From positions 13,150 through 77,149 of the forward strand of contig JBKHHE010000001.1 of the NCBI GenBank assembly GCA_046539305.1: a DNA stretch of 64,000 nucleotides, in the 5' to 3' direction. The DNA is from Candidatus Aenigmatarchaeota archaeon (GTDB lineage: Archaea > Aenigmatarchaeota > Aenigmatarchaeia > PWEA01). Under the pieces are notes generated by a model. That model saw only the letters and a program-made list of their open reading frames with translations. It had not been told where the DNA came from and ran no database searches. Each line of letters starts with the position of its first letter. Positions within the stretch are counted from its first letter, which is position 1. Both the position numbers and the translations under genes were made by a program. Below, one piece after another: positions 52,739-62,522 of this stretch.

Positions 52739-54106
52739 CTATGCTTCCCTGAAGGCCTTCTTCTCGTAGAGGAAGTCAGAAATATAACCTTCGTGGGGTT
52801 CCTTTATGTCTATGTCACAGCTCGGGACATCAACGTAAACTTTCTCCACAGTGGGATTCATAAGCGCATTCTCAATCTTTTCCTCATCATTAGTCAACAT
52901 AGTCAGGGTAAGGGAATCACTCAAGATACCTTCAGAGTAATCTGTAACGGAGCTGTACTGGAAGGGAAATTCGTTGAAGAGTGGATGACTTTCTCCCTGG
53001 GGAATGTATGTAACGGTAGGCTTGAGATAAGTAGTGCCATCTTTCTTTACCAGTCTCTCGGAACCTTCATCATAGGTAAAATCGACAGCCCCCCCTTCCA
53101 AACTTTCTTCAAGTAGCTTGTTGAATTTCTCGGCCTCTTCCATCGGCATGGCAGGTATTTGAGCGTCTTCTTCATATGGAGAGGTGGGTTCAATATCTCT
53201 AACTTCCTCGGCAAGTTCCTCGGCAAAGTCCTTTACTCCGTCTTCAACCACGACCTGGCTTATATTGATGCATCCTCTACCACCATCTTTCATCATAGAA
53301 TTTTTGGCCAGATCCAAAGCCATATCTTCACCGACAAAGTCCTCGTCTATGTAGATCTTGCTATTTCCAGGTCCAAAGGCCTTTATATCGGGATTACCTT
53401 GATATCTTTCCTTTATATCAGGCCCACCAAAAACTATGCCCTTATCTGTCTCGTTCACAAGTGAATTTCCAAACTCTCTATCACCGGGAAGAAAATGTAA
53501 TGAATTTTCAGGAAGACCTGCTTCGTAAAGTGAATCGATGACCCGTTTCGGTGTCAATGGCTCATCGTTTGAGGGTCTAACCATAGTAGGATATTTCATT
53601 CCCACAGCAGACAGCCAAAGAGAATTAACCGCCGGGTGATTCGAAGGTGTTACCACACCCAGATTTTTTCCTTCGGGTACATAGACGAAGTTTCCTTCAG
53701 GAGAAAAACCATCGTAAAGGCTGAGATCACTATCTGGTGTCTGTGCCCTCACCGTCTCTTCTATATTTCTCATGGCACCTTCCAACATTTTTCCTGCTCT
53801 CTTTACATCAGATATCGGAAGCCCTGTTAATGAAGTGACTTTTTGGCAGTATTCGTCGTAATCTATGTCACCAGTATTTGAGGAAAAATAATCCGCCGCC
53901 TCTTCTATAGTTTCAAGTAACTCTTCCTGAGGCATCTCCCTCAAAGCCTCAAAGCCCTCTTTCCTCGATTGGTCAAGATCACCACTGTAAAGGATAACAG
54001 AAGAAGTCTGGGATGCCTCGCCGATCTCCTGGCCCTTGAAGTCGGTCAGAGGGACCTTGTCCAGCGACTCGTACTCCTCTCCACCCCGGTTGAGATGAAT
54101 ATCCAT
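52739..54106 (-). CDS. ALDH-superfamily enzyme lacking the ELGG general-base motif (acylating/LuxC-like?)
   Basis: TPSNHP, IVFGGP and GGRGC (catalytic Cys), but AFGPGNSK where ELGG is expected. ATG 54106 lies 1 nt after the upstream stop. Confidence 0.7.
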   Translation of the reverse strand: MDIHLNRGGEEYESLDKVPLTDFKGQEIGEASQTSSVILYSGDLDQSRKEGFEALREMPQEELLETIEEAADYFSSNTGDIDYDEYCQKVTSLTGLPISDVKRAGKMLEGAMRNIEETVRAQTPDSDLSLYDGFSPEGNFVYVPEGKNLGVVTPSNHPAVNSLWLSAVGMKYPTMVRPSNDEPLTPKRVIDSLYEAGLPENSLHFLPGDREFGNSLVNETDKGIVFGGPDIKERYQGNPDIKAFGPGNSKIYIDEDFVGEDMALDLAKNSMMKDGGRGCINISQVVVEDGVKDFAEELAEEVRDIEPTSPYEEDAQIPAMPMEEAEKFNKLLEESLEGGAVDFTYDEGSERLVKKDGTTYLKPTVTYIPQGESHPLFNEFPFQYSSVTDYSEGILSDSLTLTMLTNDEEKIENALMNPTVEKVYVDVPSCDIDIKEPHEGYISDFLYEKKAFREA

Positions 54107-54107
54107 C

Positions 54108-55163
54108 TCAGTATACACCACCCTTGTTCTTTTCTTCTCTAGACTTACTGGGCACAATGTCCTTTACACAAGGAAGATCTGTATCAAGATAGCTAGGTGA
54201 TTCTACCATAACTGCTTCATCTTCCTCAAGATAGGCAGGCATAAGGAAATTTTCTGTTACTTTACTAGTAGCAAGGGTACCCTTTTCACCGTAATCACAT
54301 AATTTTCCATCGTCATCATAGACCTCCAATCTCCTTGTAGGCCCGGCAGACAGGTAAATTACCTCGTAGTCATCAGTATCCAAAAGTTGAATTCCTGTAA
54401 ATTCCGTTAATGCTGTTCCAAATCCACCTGTAAAAGGCATATCATCATAAATTTCTTCCTGGAAGACCCTGTTTTGTTCTTGGGAAAGAGGAGCACCAGC
54501 CTGGATAATCCCATCTAAATCAAGCTTATCAACATCCATCTTCCCTGCCATCTCTTCAAGAATATCTGCTGTAGTAAAGGTGTAACCAACATCCTGACTT
54601 TTGACAAGATCCTTGACCTGTTTTCCAATATGTTTTTTATACCTCTCAAGAGAATCCTGCATTCCTTCTCTCCCGAATTTTTTGAGAATCCGAGGGTCAA
54701 GATCGATTCCAAGTATATTTCCACCTCTCGATTCAGCAAGATCTCTCGCATAAGCAGCTATCGTGTGAGGAGGAAACTGAGGACCTATCCAAAGCATATC
54801 TTCATCTCTTGGAATCCCTGCGTTATCGAGGTATTCATTAAACCTCTCTATATTGCTGAACCAATCTTCTTTGGGCAAAGGAGCATTTTTTGGAGACCCT
54901 GTAGTTCCTCCACTCTCCCCAACAGCATAAATTTCCTCAAGTTTGCTTTCTGGAACGAAGTTCTTGTATGAGGTATTTCTCATAGCTTTAGCAAAATGCT
55001 CCGATTTTTCGGGATTATTGAGGCCCAGAACATCGACCATGTCTCTCCAAGACTCGATATCCCTGATAGCAGTTTTGACACCTTCTTCAAGATCGCCATA
55101 CTCTTCAGCTACTTTCCTCCAGTACGGTGTCTCTCTGAGATGAGTTTCAACGGAATTTTTCAA
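54108..55163 (-). CDS. PaaK/F390-synthetase/LuxE-like adenylate-forming enzyme (351 aa, no C-terminal lid)
   Basis: ANL P-loop GESGGTTGSPK. Size and architecture resemble acyl-protein synthetase/PaaK N-domain. Confidence 0.65.
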   Translation of the reverse strand: MKNSVETHLRETPYWRKVAEEYGDLEEGVKTAIRDIESWRDMVDVLGLNNPEKSEHFAKAMRNTSYKNFVPESKLEEIYAVGESGGTTGSPKNAPLPKEDWFSNIERFNEYLDNAGIPRDEDMLWIGPQFPPHTIAAYARDLAESRGGNILGIDLDPRILKKFGREGMQDSLERYKKHIGKQVKDLVKSQDVGYTFTTADILEEMAGKMDVDKLDLDGIIQAGAPLSQEQNRVFQEEIYDDMPFTGGFGTALTEFTGIQLLDTDDYEVIYLSAGPTRRLEVYDDDGKLCDYGEKGTLATSKVTENFLMPAYLEEDEAVMVESPSYLDTDLPCVKDIVPSKSREEKNKGGVY

Positions 55164-55207
55164 TTCTTCTTCAGTTGGTTCACGATATGGATAATTAATC
55201 TTATCAC

Positions 55208-56740
55208 CTATTCTGTTTGGAGTTTGTCAGAAATTACAAGATTTGTTGCCGTAATATTATTATACTGAGCAGGCTGGTTTCTCCTTCCGCCAATCTCACC
55301 CGCCGTATAGAACCCAAAGAAGGGAACTTCAGGATAAGACTGTTTGACCTTATCAATGGCCTTTTCAACATCTTCTTCGAGAAGGATTCTCCTGATTCCA
55401 CATGTAGAGAAAAGTACCAGGGCAGGATCAAAGTTTCTATCCTCAACAGCATTGTTGATAGATTTCTTCAAAGCATTTACTGTTTTCTCAGCATTAAAAC
55501 TCGAAATCATAACAGACTGGCCTTCACCATACTTAAAGGAACCCTGTAAAAACTCCTTATTCTGTGGGTTTAGTAGAGCTACCTTTGGATAAATATTTTG
55601 TGACGTATCAAAAACTGACACCGGCCTCTGCATAGTATACTTTCCAATATCATCCAATAGATCCTCCTTATCAACATCTATCACTTCTGAATATCTACTA
55701 AGAGCTGGTTTATTGTCAAGCTCCTTAATGACTCTACCCTGACGCCCTACCTCTGTTATTAGAGTCATATCCGTAGTTTTTTCAAATCCATGCTCCAAAC
55801 CATAAGAAAAGTATAGTTCTGAAACAACAAAAGCAACTACAGCACCTGACTTAGCATATTTACCATTAGCAAAGACGTAATTTGGTCCTTTCTTCTGTGT
55901 AAAATAGTTTTCCATTGGAATCGAAGCCGATCCACCTATAATCGGTATATGGGGGCCAAGTACTTCTTTTATGCCATCTAAAAACTCTATCTCCGCCCCG
56001 GGAACAGGTTTATCGTCTTTATCATAGTAAAAGCCTCCTGGGAAAGTCATTACAAAGTAGGGTGGATTTTTAATTATATCAGAGAAATCCTTTTTCGTAG
56101 ACCTCATATACTGAGAAGTGGCATGAACTGATCTCTCTACATTGGCCTCATCTACGACTTCTTCCGCTGCATTTTTCGCCTTCTTCTTTGGTTCACTTCG
56201 ATAGTCTTCAATTAGAGTTGGAGAAAAATGAAGATACTTTGAGTTTAGTGAAAGTACCTCTATGGTACCCCGAGAAAACCCTAATATTGAGTTCAACTCA
56301 CTGTCCGATGTACATCCCATCCAGTCATCGCCGAGTATCTTGTTGAATCCCTTAGTTACCTTTTCGACCTGGTCGTTGTACTCCGAGGAAACGAAAACTA
56401 GGGAAAAGGTAGGATTCTCGCCGCTTGCGGCCTGGTTGGCGGCCTGTTTTGCCGCGGACTGTGCTGCCTTGAAGCCATCACTGAGATCGGATACTCCTAT
56501 TCCAACCTGTATGTTTTCTCCTTCGTACTGTGAATCCATCTCGTGAATTCCAGAATATTCCTCAAGATAATATATTTTGGCTGAACCTACTTTTTTCTTC
56601 TTTACTTCTTCCTCTTCAACGAGATCCTTGATCTTAGAAGAGACAGTATTTCGATGTAAATCGCTCTCGTCGGCCATATCAGAAATTGATAGGCCGGCTG
56701 GGTGTTCCTCAAGAGTTTTCAAAATCTTCTCCTTGGACAT
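55208..56740 (-). CDS. wHTH + FIST_N/FIST_C sensor-regulator
   Basis: N-terminal wHTH (LSISDMADESDLHRNTVSSKIKDLVEE). FIST-like body ending FFGFYTAGEIGG. Confidence 0.7.
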   Translation of the reverse strand: MSKEKILKTLEEHPAGLSISDMADESDLHRNTVSSKIKDLVEEEEVKKKKVGSAKIYYLEEYSGIHEMDSQYEGENIQVGIGVSDLSDGFKAAQSAAKQAANQAASGENPTFSLVFVSSEYNDQVEKVTKGFNKILGDDWMGCTSDSELNSILGFSRGTIEVLSLNSKYLHFSPTLIEDYRSEPKKKAKNAAEEVVDEANVERSVHATSQYMRSTKKDFSDIIKNPPYFVMTFPGGFYYDKDDKPVPGAEIEFLDGIKEVLGPHIPIIGGSASIPMENYFTQKKGPNYVFANGKYAKSGAVVAFVVSELYFSYGLEHGFEKTTDMTLITEVGRQGRVIKELDNKPALSRYSEVIDVDKEDLLDDIGKYTMQRPVSVFDTSQNIYPKVALLNPQNKEFLQGSFKYGEGQSVMISSFNAEKTVNALKKSINNAVEDRNFDPALVLFSTCGIRRILLEEDVEKAIDKVKQSYPEVPFFGFYTAGEIGGRRNQPAQYNNITATNLVISDKLQTE

Positions 56741-56817
56741 CGTTAACTAATTTGTGCATTATTGAACAAAATATTTAAAGGTTTGGATATTCACGAAAAC
56801 GTAGAAAGATCGCGAAT

Positions 56818-57501
56818 TTAAATACTTAGAACTGAAATTCCCTTGTCGTCTATCTCCATAGGAAATTTCTCTTCCTCGAAGTTCGTTCTCCTCATCTTTC
56901 TAACTGCAAGGCTTCTTCCAGAATCAGTTCCCACGAGACTGAAATTGAGCTCAATAACCCCATCCACGAGGTATTCCTCCACACCGAATCTGGTTAGTTT
57001 GTCCTCGCCCTCGGGTGCCTCCGTGGTAAGCACTGCCGTTGTATCGGCCTCCTCTATCGTCCTGACTATCTTGAACAGGTTTTCCCTGACTTTGTACTGG
57101 TCGTCGTAGTAGAGGGAGAGGATTGAAGTTGAGTCCATGGCAAGCCTGTCCACGTCCTGCTTCTCCAGCTCGCTCCTGAACCAGAATAGCTCGTCGCCTT
57201 CTGCAGCTTCAAAGGGATCTTTTTGTCTGAGGACAAGCTGTCCATTTTCCTCGTATTTTTCAAAATCCCAGCCGAAGTCAGAAGCAGAGTCCTTTATTTT
57301 TTCTGGTCTCTCCTCGAAAGTTATGAACATGCAGTTCTCTCCGTTCTGTAGACCTTCCCATATGAACTGTGAGCAGAAAATGGTCTTGCCTGTACCAGCG
57401 GAACCCGTGACGAGGACAGCGTTGTCCTTGACGAAGCCGCCCTCTATTAGGTCGTCGAGACCGGGAATTCCAGTGGATACACGCTCCAGGTTCCGGGGCA
57501 T
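56818..57501 (-). CDS. KaiC/RadA-like single-domain RecA-superfamily ATPase
   Basis: GIPGLDDLIEGGF, Walker A GSAGTGKT, Walker B RLAMDS. Confidence 0.85.
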   Translation of the reverse strand: MPRNLERVSTGIPGLDDLIEGGFVKDNAVLVTGSAGTGKTIFCSQFIWEGLQNGENCMFITFEERPEKIKDSASDFGWDFEKYEENGQLVLRQKDPFEAAEGDELFWFRSELEKQDVDRLAMDSTSILSLYYDDQYKVRENLFKIVRTIEEADTTAVLTTEAPEGEDKLTRFGVEEYLVDGVIELNFSLVGTDSGRSLAVRKMRRTNFEEEKFPMEIDDKGISVLSI

Positions 57502-57616
57502 CGTTACTTACTTCACGTTCATTTTTTATAAGCTTTCCGGTTCTGCAAGGGATATCATTGCTTTTCTTCTCATCAGGAAACCTTTAAAGCTTTGACTATA
57601 GAATAAATTTGTTACC

Positions 57617-58867
57617 ATGAACCTCCAGGAAAGGGCCGAAAAGATACTGCAGAAGGGATACGTATGCGACCACTGTCTCGGGAGACAGTTCGCACAGCTA
57701 CTCACGGGTATGTCCAACGAGAAGCGCGGTGAGGTTATGCGGAAGTTCATTGCAATGGCCCTTGACAAAGGAGAGGTAGCAGACGTCGATGAGAAGAACT
57801 TCAGGGACATAGAGTTCAGGAACCGCGATGCAGAAGGAGAAAAAGGAGAATGCGTGGTCTGCGAAGGGTTGTTCGGGGAGCTGGACGAATGGACTGGAAA
57901 GGTCATGAGGGGACTGCAGGACTACGAGTTCGAGAACTTTTTGCTGGGTACCAGGCTTCCCGACGGGCTGGTGAAAAGGGAGGAGGAGCTGTGGGAGGAA
58001 GTGGGTATAGAGTACTGTGAGGAGATGAAGGCGGAGTTTAACAGGGAGCTCGGGAAGAGGCTGGAGGAAAAAATGAAAAAGGAGGTGGAGTTTGAGCTTC
58101 CGGAGATACAGGTACTCGTGGACGTGGAAAAGGACAAGGTCAAACTGGACGTGAACTCGATCTGTGTCTACGGTGAATACCAGAAAACTGAGCGCGGTAT
58201 ACCACAGACTGAGTGGCCCTCTGGCAAGTACGAAATCTCGCTTGAGGAGATAATAGCTCCAGCATTTCTGCGGGAGAGCGATTCCCCGGACGAAAAGTTC
58301 CACGGCGCAGGCAGGGAAGACATCGACGCGCGCTGCCTCGGGTGGAGGCCGTTTATCCTGGAGCTGCTGGAGCCGAAGAAGAGAAATCTGGACCTGGAGA
58401 AAGTAAAGGAAGAGGTGAACGAGAATCCGGAGGTGAACGTGAGGAACCTGCAGACAGTCAGGAGGGACAAAATCGAGGAGCTGAAGAGCTGGCGCCCGGA
58501 CAAGAGCTACCGGGCACTGGTGGAACTGGAGGAGGACGTGGACGAGGAGGAACTTGAGGAGTTGGAGGAGTTGGAAAGGACAACGCTTACACAGAGAACG
58601 CCGCAGAGGGTCGAGCATCGGAGGGCGGACAGGCACAGAAAAAGGAAGGTGAAAGAACTGGAGTGGGAGAAGAAAGGTGAAAAGGAGCTGGAGATCGTGG
58701 TAAAGGCGGAGGCAGGCACGTATATCAAAGAGTTGATTTCAGGAGATGGGGGAAGGACGGAACCGTCCGTAGCATCAGTTCTGGGCATCGAAGCGGAATG
58801 TGTGGAGCTGGATGTGGTGGAGATTCATGGGAAGGAGGAGCTTGATTTTCGAGCTGTAAACGGGTAA
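57617..58867 (+). CDS. pus10: tRNA pseudouridine(54/55) synthase Pus10
   Basis: CDHCLGRQFA Zn module, THUMP-like region, catalytic domain. 416 aa. Confidence 0.85.
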   Translation: MNLQERAEKILQKGYVCDHCLGRQFAQLLTGMSNEKRGEVMRKFIAMALDKGEVADVDEKNFRDIEFRNRDAEGEKGECVVCEGLFGELDEWTGKVMRGLQDYEFENFLLGTRLPDGLVKREEELWEEVGIEYCEEMKAEFNRELGKRLEEKMKKEVEFELPEIQVLVDVEKDKVKLDVNSICVYGEYQKTERGIPQTEWPSGKYEISLEEIIAPAFLRESDSPDEKFHGAGREDIDARCLGWRPFILELLEPKKRNLDLEKVKEEVNENPEVNVRNLQTVRRDKIEELKSWRPDKSYRALVELEEDVDEEELEELEELERTTLTQRTPQRVEHRRADRHRKRKVKELEWEKKGEKELEIVVKAEAGTYIKELISGDGGRTEPSVASVLGIEAECVELDVVEIHGKEELDFRAVNG

Positions 58868-58915
58868 GGATTAGGTATATAAACCTAGAGGTCAATGACT
58901 TCTGAGTGTGGTAGA

Positions 58916-59197
58916 ATGAAAGGCTCAAAAGGAAAGATGCACGGGACTAGAAGAAAACTTAAGAAGAAGAAAGATGTAGCCCCAAACGAGTTTCTCAAGG
59001 ACTTTGAGGTTGGAAGGAAAGTTCAGATAGATATAGAGCCTTCATCCCACAAGGGGATGCCCCATCCAAGGTTCCAAGGCCGAATAGCAAAGATTGTAGA
59101 CAAGAAGGGCAGCGCTTACACAGTAAAGTTTAAAGAAGGTCAAAAGGAGAAAAGGTTAAACGTGAGGCCCGAACATCTTAAGTCTGTAAAATCGTAG
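58916..59197 (+). CDS. rpl21e: 50S ribosomal protein L21e
   Basis: MKGSKGKMHGTRRKL...HPRFQGRIAKIV. Confidence 0.9.
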   Translation: MKGSKGKMHGTRRKLKKKKDVAPNEFLKDFEVGRKVQIDIEPSSHKGMPHPRFQGRIAKIVDKKGSAYTVKFKEGQKEKRLNVRPEHLKSVKS

Positions 59198-59206
59198 GTA
59201 GATATC

Positions 59207-59530
59207 ATGGAAATAATAGATGAGAAACCGGTTCCTGCCGCCGAGGCAAGGAATACGATGTCGAAAAAGAAGGACGAAAGCCTCGTATATGAGCAGAAAA
59301 TATCCAAAGATTTTCTCTCGAAGAATGTGGATATAAACGTGACTGACGCAAGGAAGGCCATGAAGGAGCTTCAGGAGGTCGGAAGGATAAAGGCGGGGCA
59401 GGCAGCAATTCTGATAAACATCATGCCGGAGGAGAAGAGCGACATAAGGCTGATTTTCTCAAAGGAGAGAACCAGCCTCTCGGAAGAGGAGATGGAAGAA
59501 GTCCTGGAAATTCTGGATAAATATAGGTAG
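59207..59530 (+). CDS. rpoF: DNA-directed RNA polymerase subunit F (Rpo4)
   Basis: Rpb4-like 107-aa protein in the conserved L21e-RpoF-DUF655 order. Confidence 0.8.
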   Translation: MEIIDEKPVPAAEARNTMSKKKDESLVYEQKISKDFLSKNVDINVTDARKAMKELQEVGRIKAGQAAILINIMPEEKSDIRLIFSKERTSLSEEEMEEVLEILDKYR

Positions 59531-59559
59531 AAATTTACCATTTCTTAAGGTGCCAAAAG

Positions 59560-60120
59560 ATGCCCAAAGAGAAAAAGGACGATAATGCCATAGTCTTGGA
59601 CTTTATGCCTACAGGCAGGGTCTCGGACAGCAGAAGCGAGCCCACGGCCCAAGTCCTGGGTGATAGATACTTCTCCCTGCTTGAGGTTGTTCTAAGAGAT
59701 GGCGAAGAAGTAGAACCTGGCGACGAGATTTATATTGGGAGTGGAAAGAGAGAGAAGGTCAAATATATAAAGAAGAGTATCACCGTGGAGGAGCTGAGCA
59801 CGGTCGGAAAGGAAGAACTGGAAGAGAAGCTGGAGGAGCTCATAGAGAAAAATGAAGATCGCTTTGTGGAGTTCTTCAACAACTCCGGTCCTATAACTCC
59901 CCGCATGCATCAATTAGAGGCGCTTCCAGGTGTGGGAAAGAAGCACATGTGGAACGTGCTCGACGAAAGGAAGGAGAAAGAGTTTGAGTCCCTTGACGAC
60001 CTCAAAGAAAGGGTTTCCTTGCTCCCCAAGCCCAAGAAACTCATCAAAGAAAGGATAATGGACGAACTCTGGGGCGACGTAAAACATTACCTTTTCACGG
60101 TCCCAAAAAGCGAAGAGTGA
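59560..60120 (+). CDS. DUF655 RNA-binding protein (OB + HhH)
   Basis: IVLDFMPTGR...LLEVVL...FNNSGPITPRMHQLEALPGVGKK. Confidence 0.8.
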   Translation: MPKEKKDDNAIVLDFMPTGRVSDSRSEPTAQVLGDRYFSLLEVVLRDGEEVEPGDEIYIGSGKREKVKYIKKSITVEELSTVGKEELEEKLEELIEKNEDRFVEFFNNSGPITPRMHQLEALPGVGKKHMWNVLDERKEKEFESLDDLKERVSLLPKPKKLIKERIMDELWGDVKHYLFTVPKSEE

Positions 60121-60825
60121 TTATCCGCCGAAACGCCTTTCCCTTTTCCTGTAGTTGGTAACTGCCCTTTCAAATTCCTCACCGCCGAACTCGGGCCAGA
60201 GTTTCTCGGAGAAATAGTACTGGGAGTTCGCAACATCCCACATCATAAAACCCGTGCTGTTATGTGGCTCACCACCGGTTCTTATCATTAAATCAACCTC
60301 GGGAAGTTCCGAAGTGTATAGATTTTCCTTCACAAGATCGGAAGTAATTTCTACGTCTTCCTTGCGCGCTCTCTCCGCTACACCCTTTATGGCCTCGAGC
60401 ATCTCGTCCCTGCCTGAGTATGCCACCAACAGATTCAGGAAGTGTTCGGAATAGTCCTTGGTAGCCTCCATGGCTTCCTCTATGGCCTCGACAACCCTGT
60501 CAGGTAGTGTTTCCTTCCATCTTCCCAGAACATTGATTCTAACCTCATTTTCATGTATCCTATCATCGTTCTTCATCTTCTTGAAGTTTTTTTCGAAAAG
60601 ATCCATCAGGTGCTCCACCTCCTCCCTTGACCTTTTTTCAATATTATCCAAAGAAAGCGCCCAGAAGGTCACATGTTTTATGTCTAAATCAAGGGCCTTC
60701 TCCAGAACCTTTTCCACGGAATCCTCGCCCTCTTCATGCCCCTTGCGAGGCGGAAGTGACTTTCTCTCGGCCCATCTTCTGTTGCCGTCCATTATTATTG
60801 CGACATGGTTTGGAACAGGAAGCAA
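60121..60825 (-). CDS. uppS: cis-Prenyltransferase (undecaprenyl-diphosphate synthase family)
   Basis: HVAIIMDGNRRWA ... RTGGEPHNSTGFMMW ... RRFG. Confidence 0.9.
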   Translation of the reverse strand: MLPVPNHVAIIMDGNRRWAERKSLPPRKGHEEGEDSVEKVLEKALDLDIKHVTFWALSLDNIEKRSREEVEHLMDLFEKNFKKMKNDDRIHENEVRINVLGRWKETLPDRVVEAIEEAMEATKDYSEHFLNLLVAYSGRDEMLEAIKGVAERARKEDVEITSDLVKENLYTSELPEVDLMIRTGGEPHNSTGFMMWDVANSQYYFSEKLWPEFGGEEFERAVTNYRKRERRFGG

Positions 60826-60954
60826 TCTGACACCCAGATTTCTCTGTCTTTTTTCCTTTTAAAATTCACAGTCCCTCAACTGTTGTTATTGAATGAAGTT
60901 TTTATAAACTTGATGTTCTCATAAATATGTCTAGCAATAAGAGGATTTAATAAT

Positions 60955-62013
60955 ATGTTTGTTCGTTTAAGCATCGGGATTGCTCTTGGGGCCTCGGCCC
61001 TCGCGGGAGTCTACGACCTAAAGACCACGGAGATACCAGACTGGCTTTCCCTGGGCATGGTCATTACTGGCCTGCTCCTCAACCTCATCCGTTCCCTGGT
61101 AGAGTGGAACCCGATGTATATTTTCCGCTCCGCATCCATAGGCTCGGCCTTTTTCACCTTTGGACTGATCATGTATCTCGGCGGGCAGTGGGGTGGAGGA
61201 GACGCAAAGGTCCTGGCCGGGCTCGGAGCTCTCCTTCCAACCTATCCTTTAATCCATGGGAAGATTCCGCTGCTTTCCTCCTTTCCTGTCGCGCTTCTGA
61301 TTAATGTCTTCCTGATCGGAGCGATCTACATGCTCATATACGCCTTCGGTATATCACTTACGAGGAGGGAGGTCATCGAAGACTTCAAGACAAGGGTCCA
61401 GGAAAATCCAAGGAGGATAGCCCTCCTCTCAGCCCTCCCGCTGGCCGTACTCATCGCAACGGTCCCGTTCGTAAGCCCTTCAACCCATGCCCTTTACCTC
61501 ATTGCGCTTGTTCCCGTGATAGCCGGCGTATGTCTTCTCCTCAGGTTCCTCAAGGCCGTTGAGGAGACAGGGTTCGTCAAAAAAGTCGACCCAGAAGAAC
61601 TGGAGCCAGGAGATATGCTTGCCGAAGAGGTCGAAGAGATAGACACAACCTATGACTCTACGGATGAGCTAAAGAATGTTTCTCTGTTCCTATTATCCTT
61701 CGTGGCTCTTCCCGTCGCCATGTATATTTTCGGGAGGGTTGAAAATCTTTATTTTTACGCAGGCCTTTTGGCGCCGACGGTCGGAATCATAATCTCGGTA
61801 TCCTGTCTGTTCTGTTCCGTTTCAGAAAACGGAAACTCGGTATTCAAAAGTTCTAGCACCAGAATACGGGGACTGGAAGAGGATGAAGTGGAAGAAATCA
61901 GGGAGAGTAGAGACGAGGTGAAAATAAGAGAAGGTGTAAGGTTCGTTCCTGTGTTCCCCATCTCTGTTCTCGTCACACTCCAATACGGAAATCTTCTGCT
62001 GACGATGTTGTAG
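60955..62013 (+). CDS. A24-family prepilin/preflagellin aspartic peptidase with long C-terminal extension
   Basis: First Asp in YDLKTTEIPD and second in GGGDAKVL. 352 aa, with extra TM helices and an acidic insert. Confidence 0.8.
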   Translation: MFVRLSIGIALGASALAGVYDLKTTEIPDWLSLGMVITGLLLNLIRSLVEWNPMYIFRSASIGSAFFTFGLIMYLGGQWGGGDAKVLAGLGALLPTYPLIHGKIPLLSSFPVALLINVFLIGAIYMLIYAFGISLTRREVIEDFKTRVQENPRRIALLSALPLAVLIATVPFVSPSTHALYLIALVPVIAGVCLLLRFLKAVEETGFVKKVDPEELEPGDMLAEEVEEIDTTYDSTDELKNVSLFLLSFVALPVAMYIFGRVENLYFYAGLLAPTVGIIISVSCLFCSVSENGNSVFKSSSTRIRGLEEDEVEEIRESRDEVKIREGVRFVPVFPISVLVTLQYGNLLLTML

Positions 62014-62064
62014 CAGGACTAAGCTTTTTAAAATTCAACAATAGTAAGAATATAGGCGATATAT

Positions 62065-62505
62065 ATGGGGAGATATGATTTCCTTGAAGACGAAGAACTA
62101 AGAGGAAAACTCGAGAAGAAGCAGGAGGAAGCAATATCAAGGAGGAAAAGGGAGGAGGTTAAGAAATCCAGGGACAAGTCCAAGGAACAAAAAGACGAAG
62201 GTCCCAGAGTTTATACGAAAGAAGATGGTCATATTGGTGGGGTCATATATCCCGAGGACAAGGACAAGCCCAGAAAAACCCCGGAAACTACCGCCGACAA
62301 AGTAATGGGTCCTGAAGAGAAGGGGGAAGACGAAGGAAAGAAGGAGGAAGAAGATCTGCCTGTGAACCTACACCACACAAAAAATACGAAAGTGGGAAGC
62401 AAGGACAGGCCAAACCCAGGAGAGGCCAACTCCAGCGAAACAGAAGAAGACCAAAAAGAAAAGGGAAAGGATGTTAAAGACGCCAGGAAAAGCATCTGGC
62501 AATAG
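62065..62505 (+). CDS. Lys/Glu-rich, probably disordered, hypothetical protein
   Basis: 146-aa low-complexity charged ORF. Confidence 0.4.
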   Translation: MGRYDFLEDEELRGKLEKKQEEAISRRKREEVKKSRDKSKEQKDEGPRVYTKEDGHIGGVIYPEDKDKPRKTPETTADKVMGPEEKGEDEGKKEEEDLPVNLHHTKNTKVGSKDRPNPGEANSSETEEDQKEKGKDVKDARKSIWQ

Positions 62506-62522
62506 ACCGATTAGCTAACCAA

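Noticed and set aside
57698-58636. 312-aa ORF antisense to pus10.
   Set aside because: Leu/Phe/Val-rich mirror of a Glu/Lys-rich gene (GAR codons read backwards as YTC). It has no start context or promoter, and the sense strand has a confident Pus10 match.
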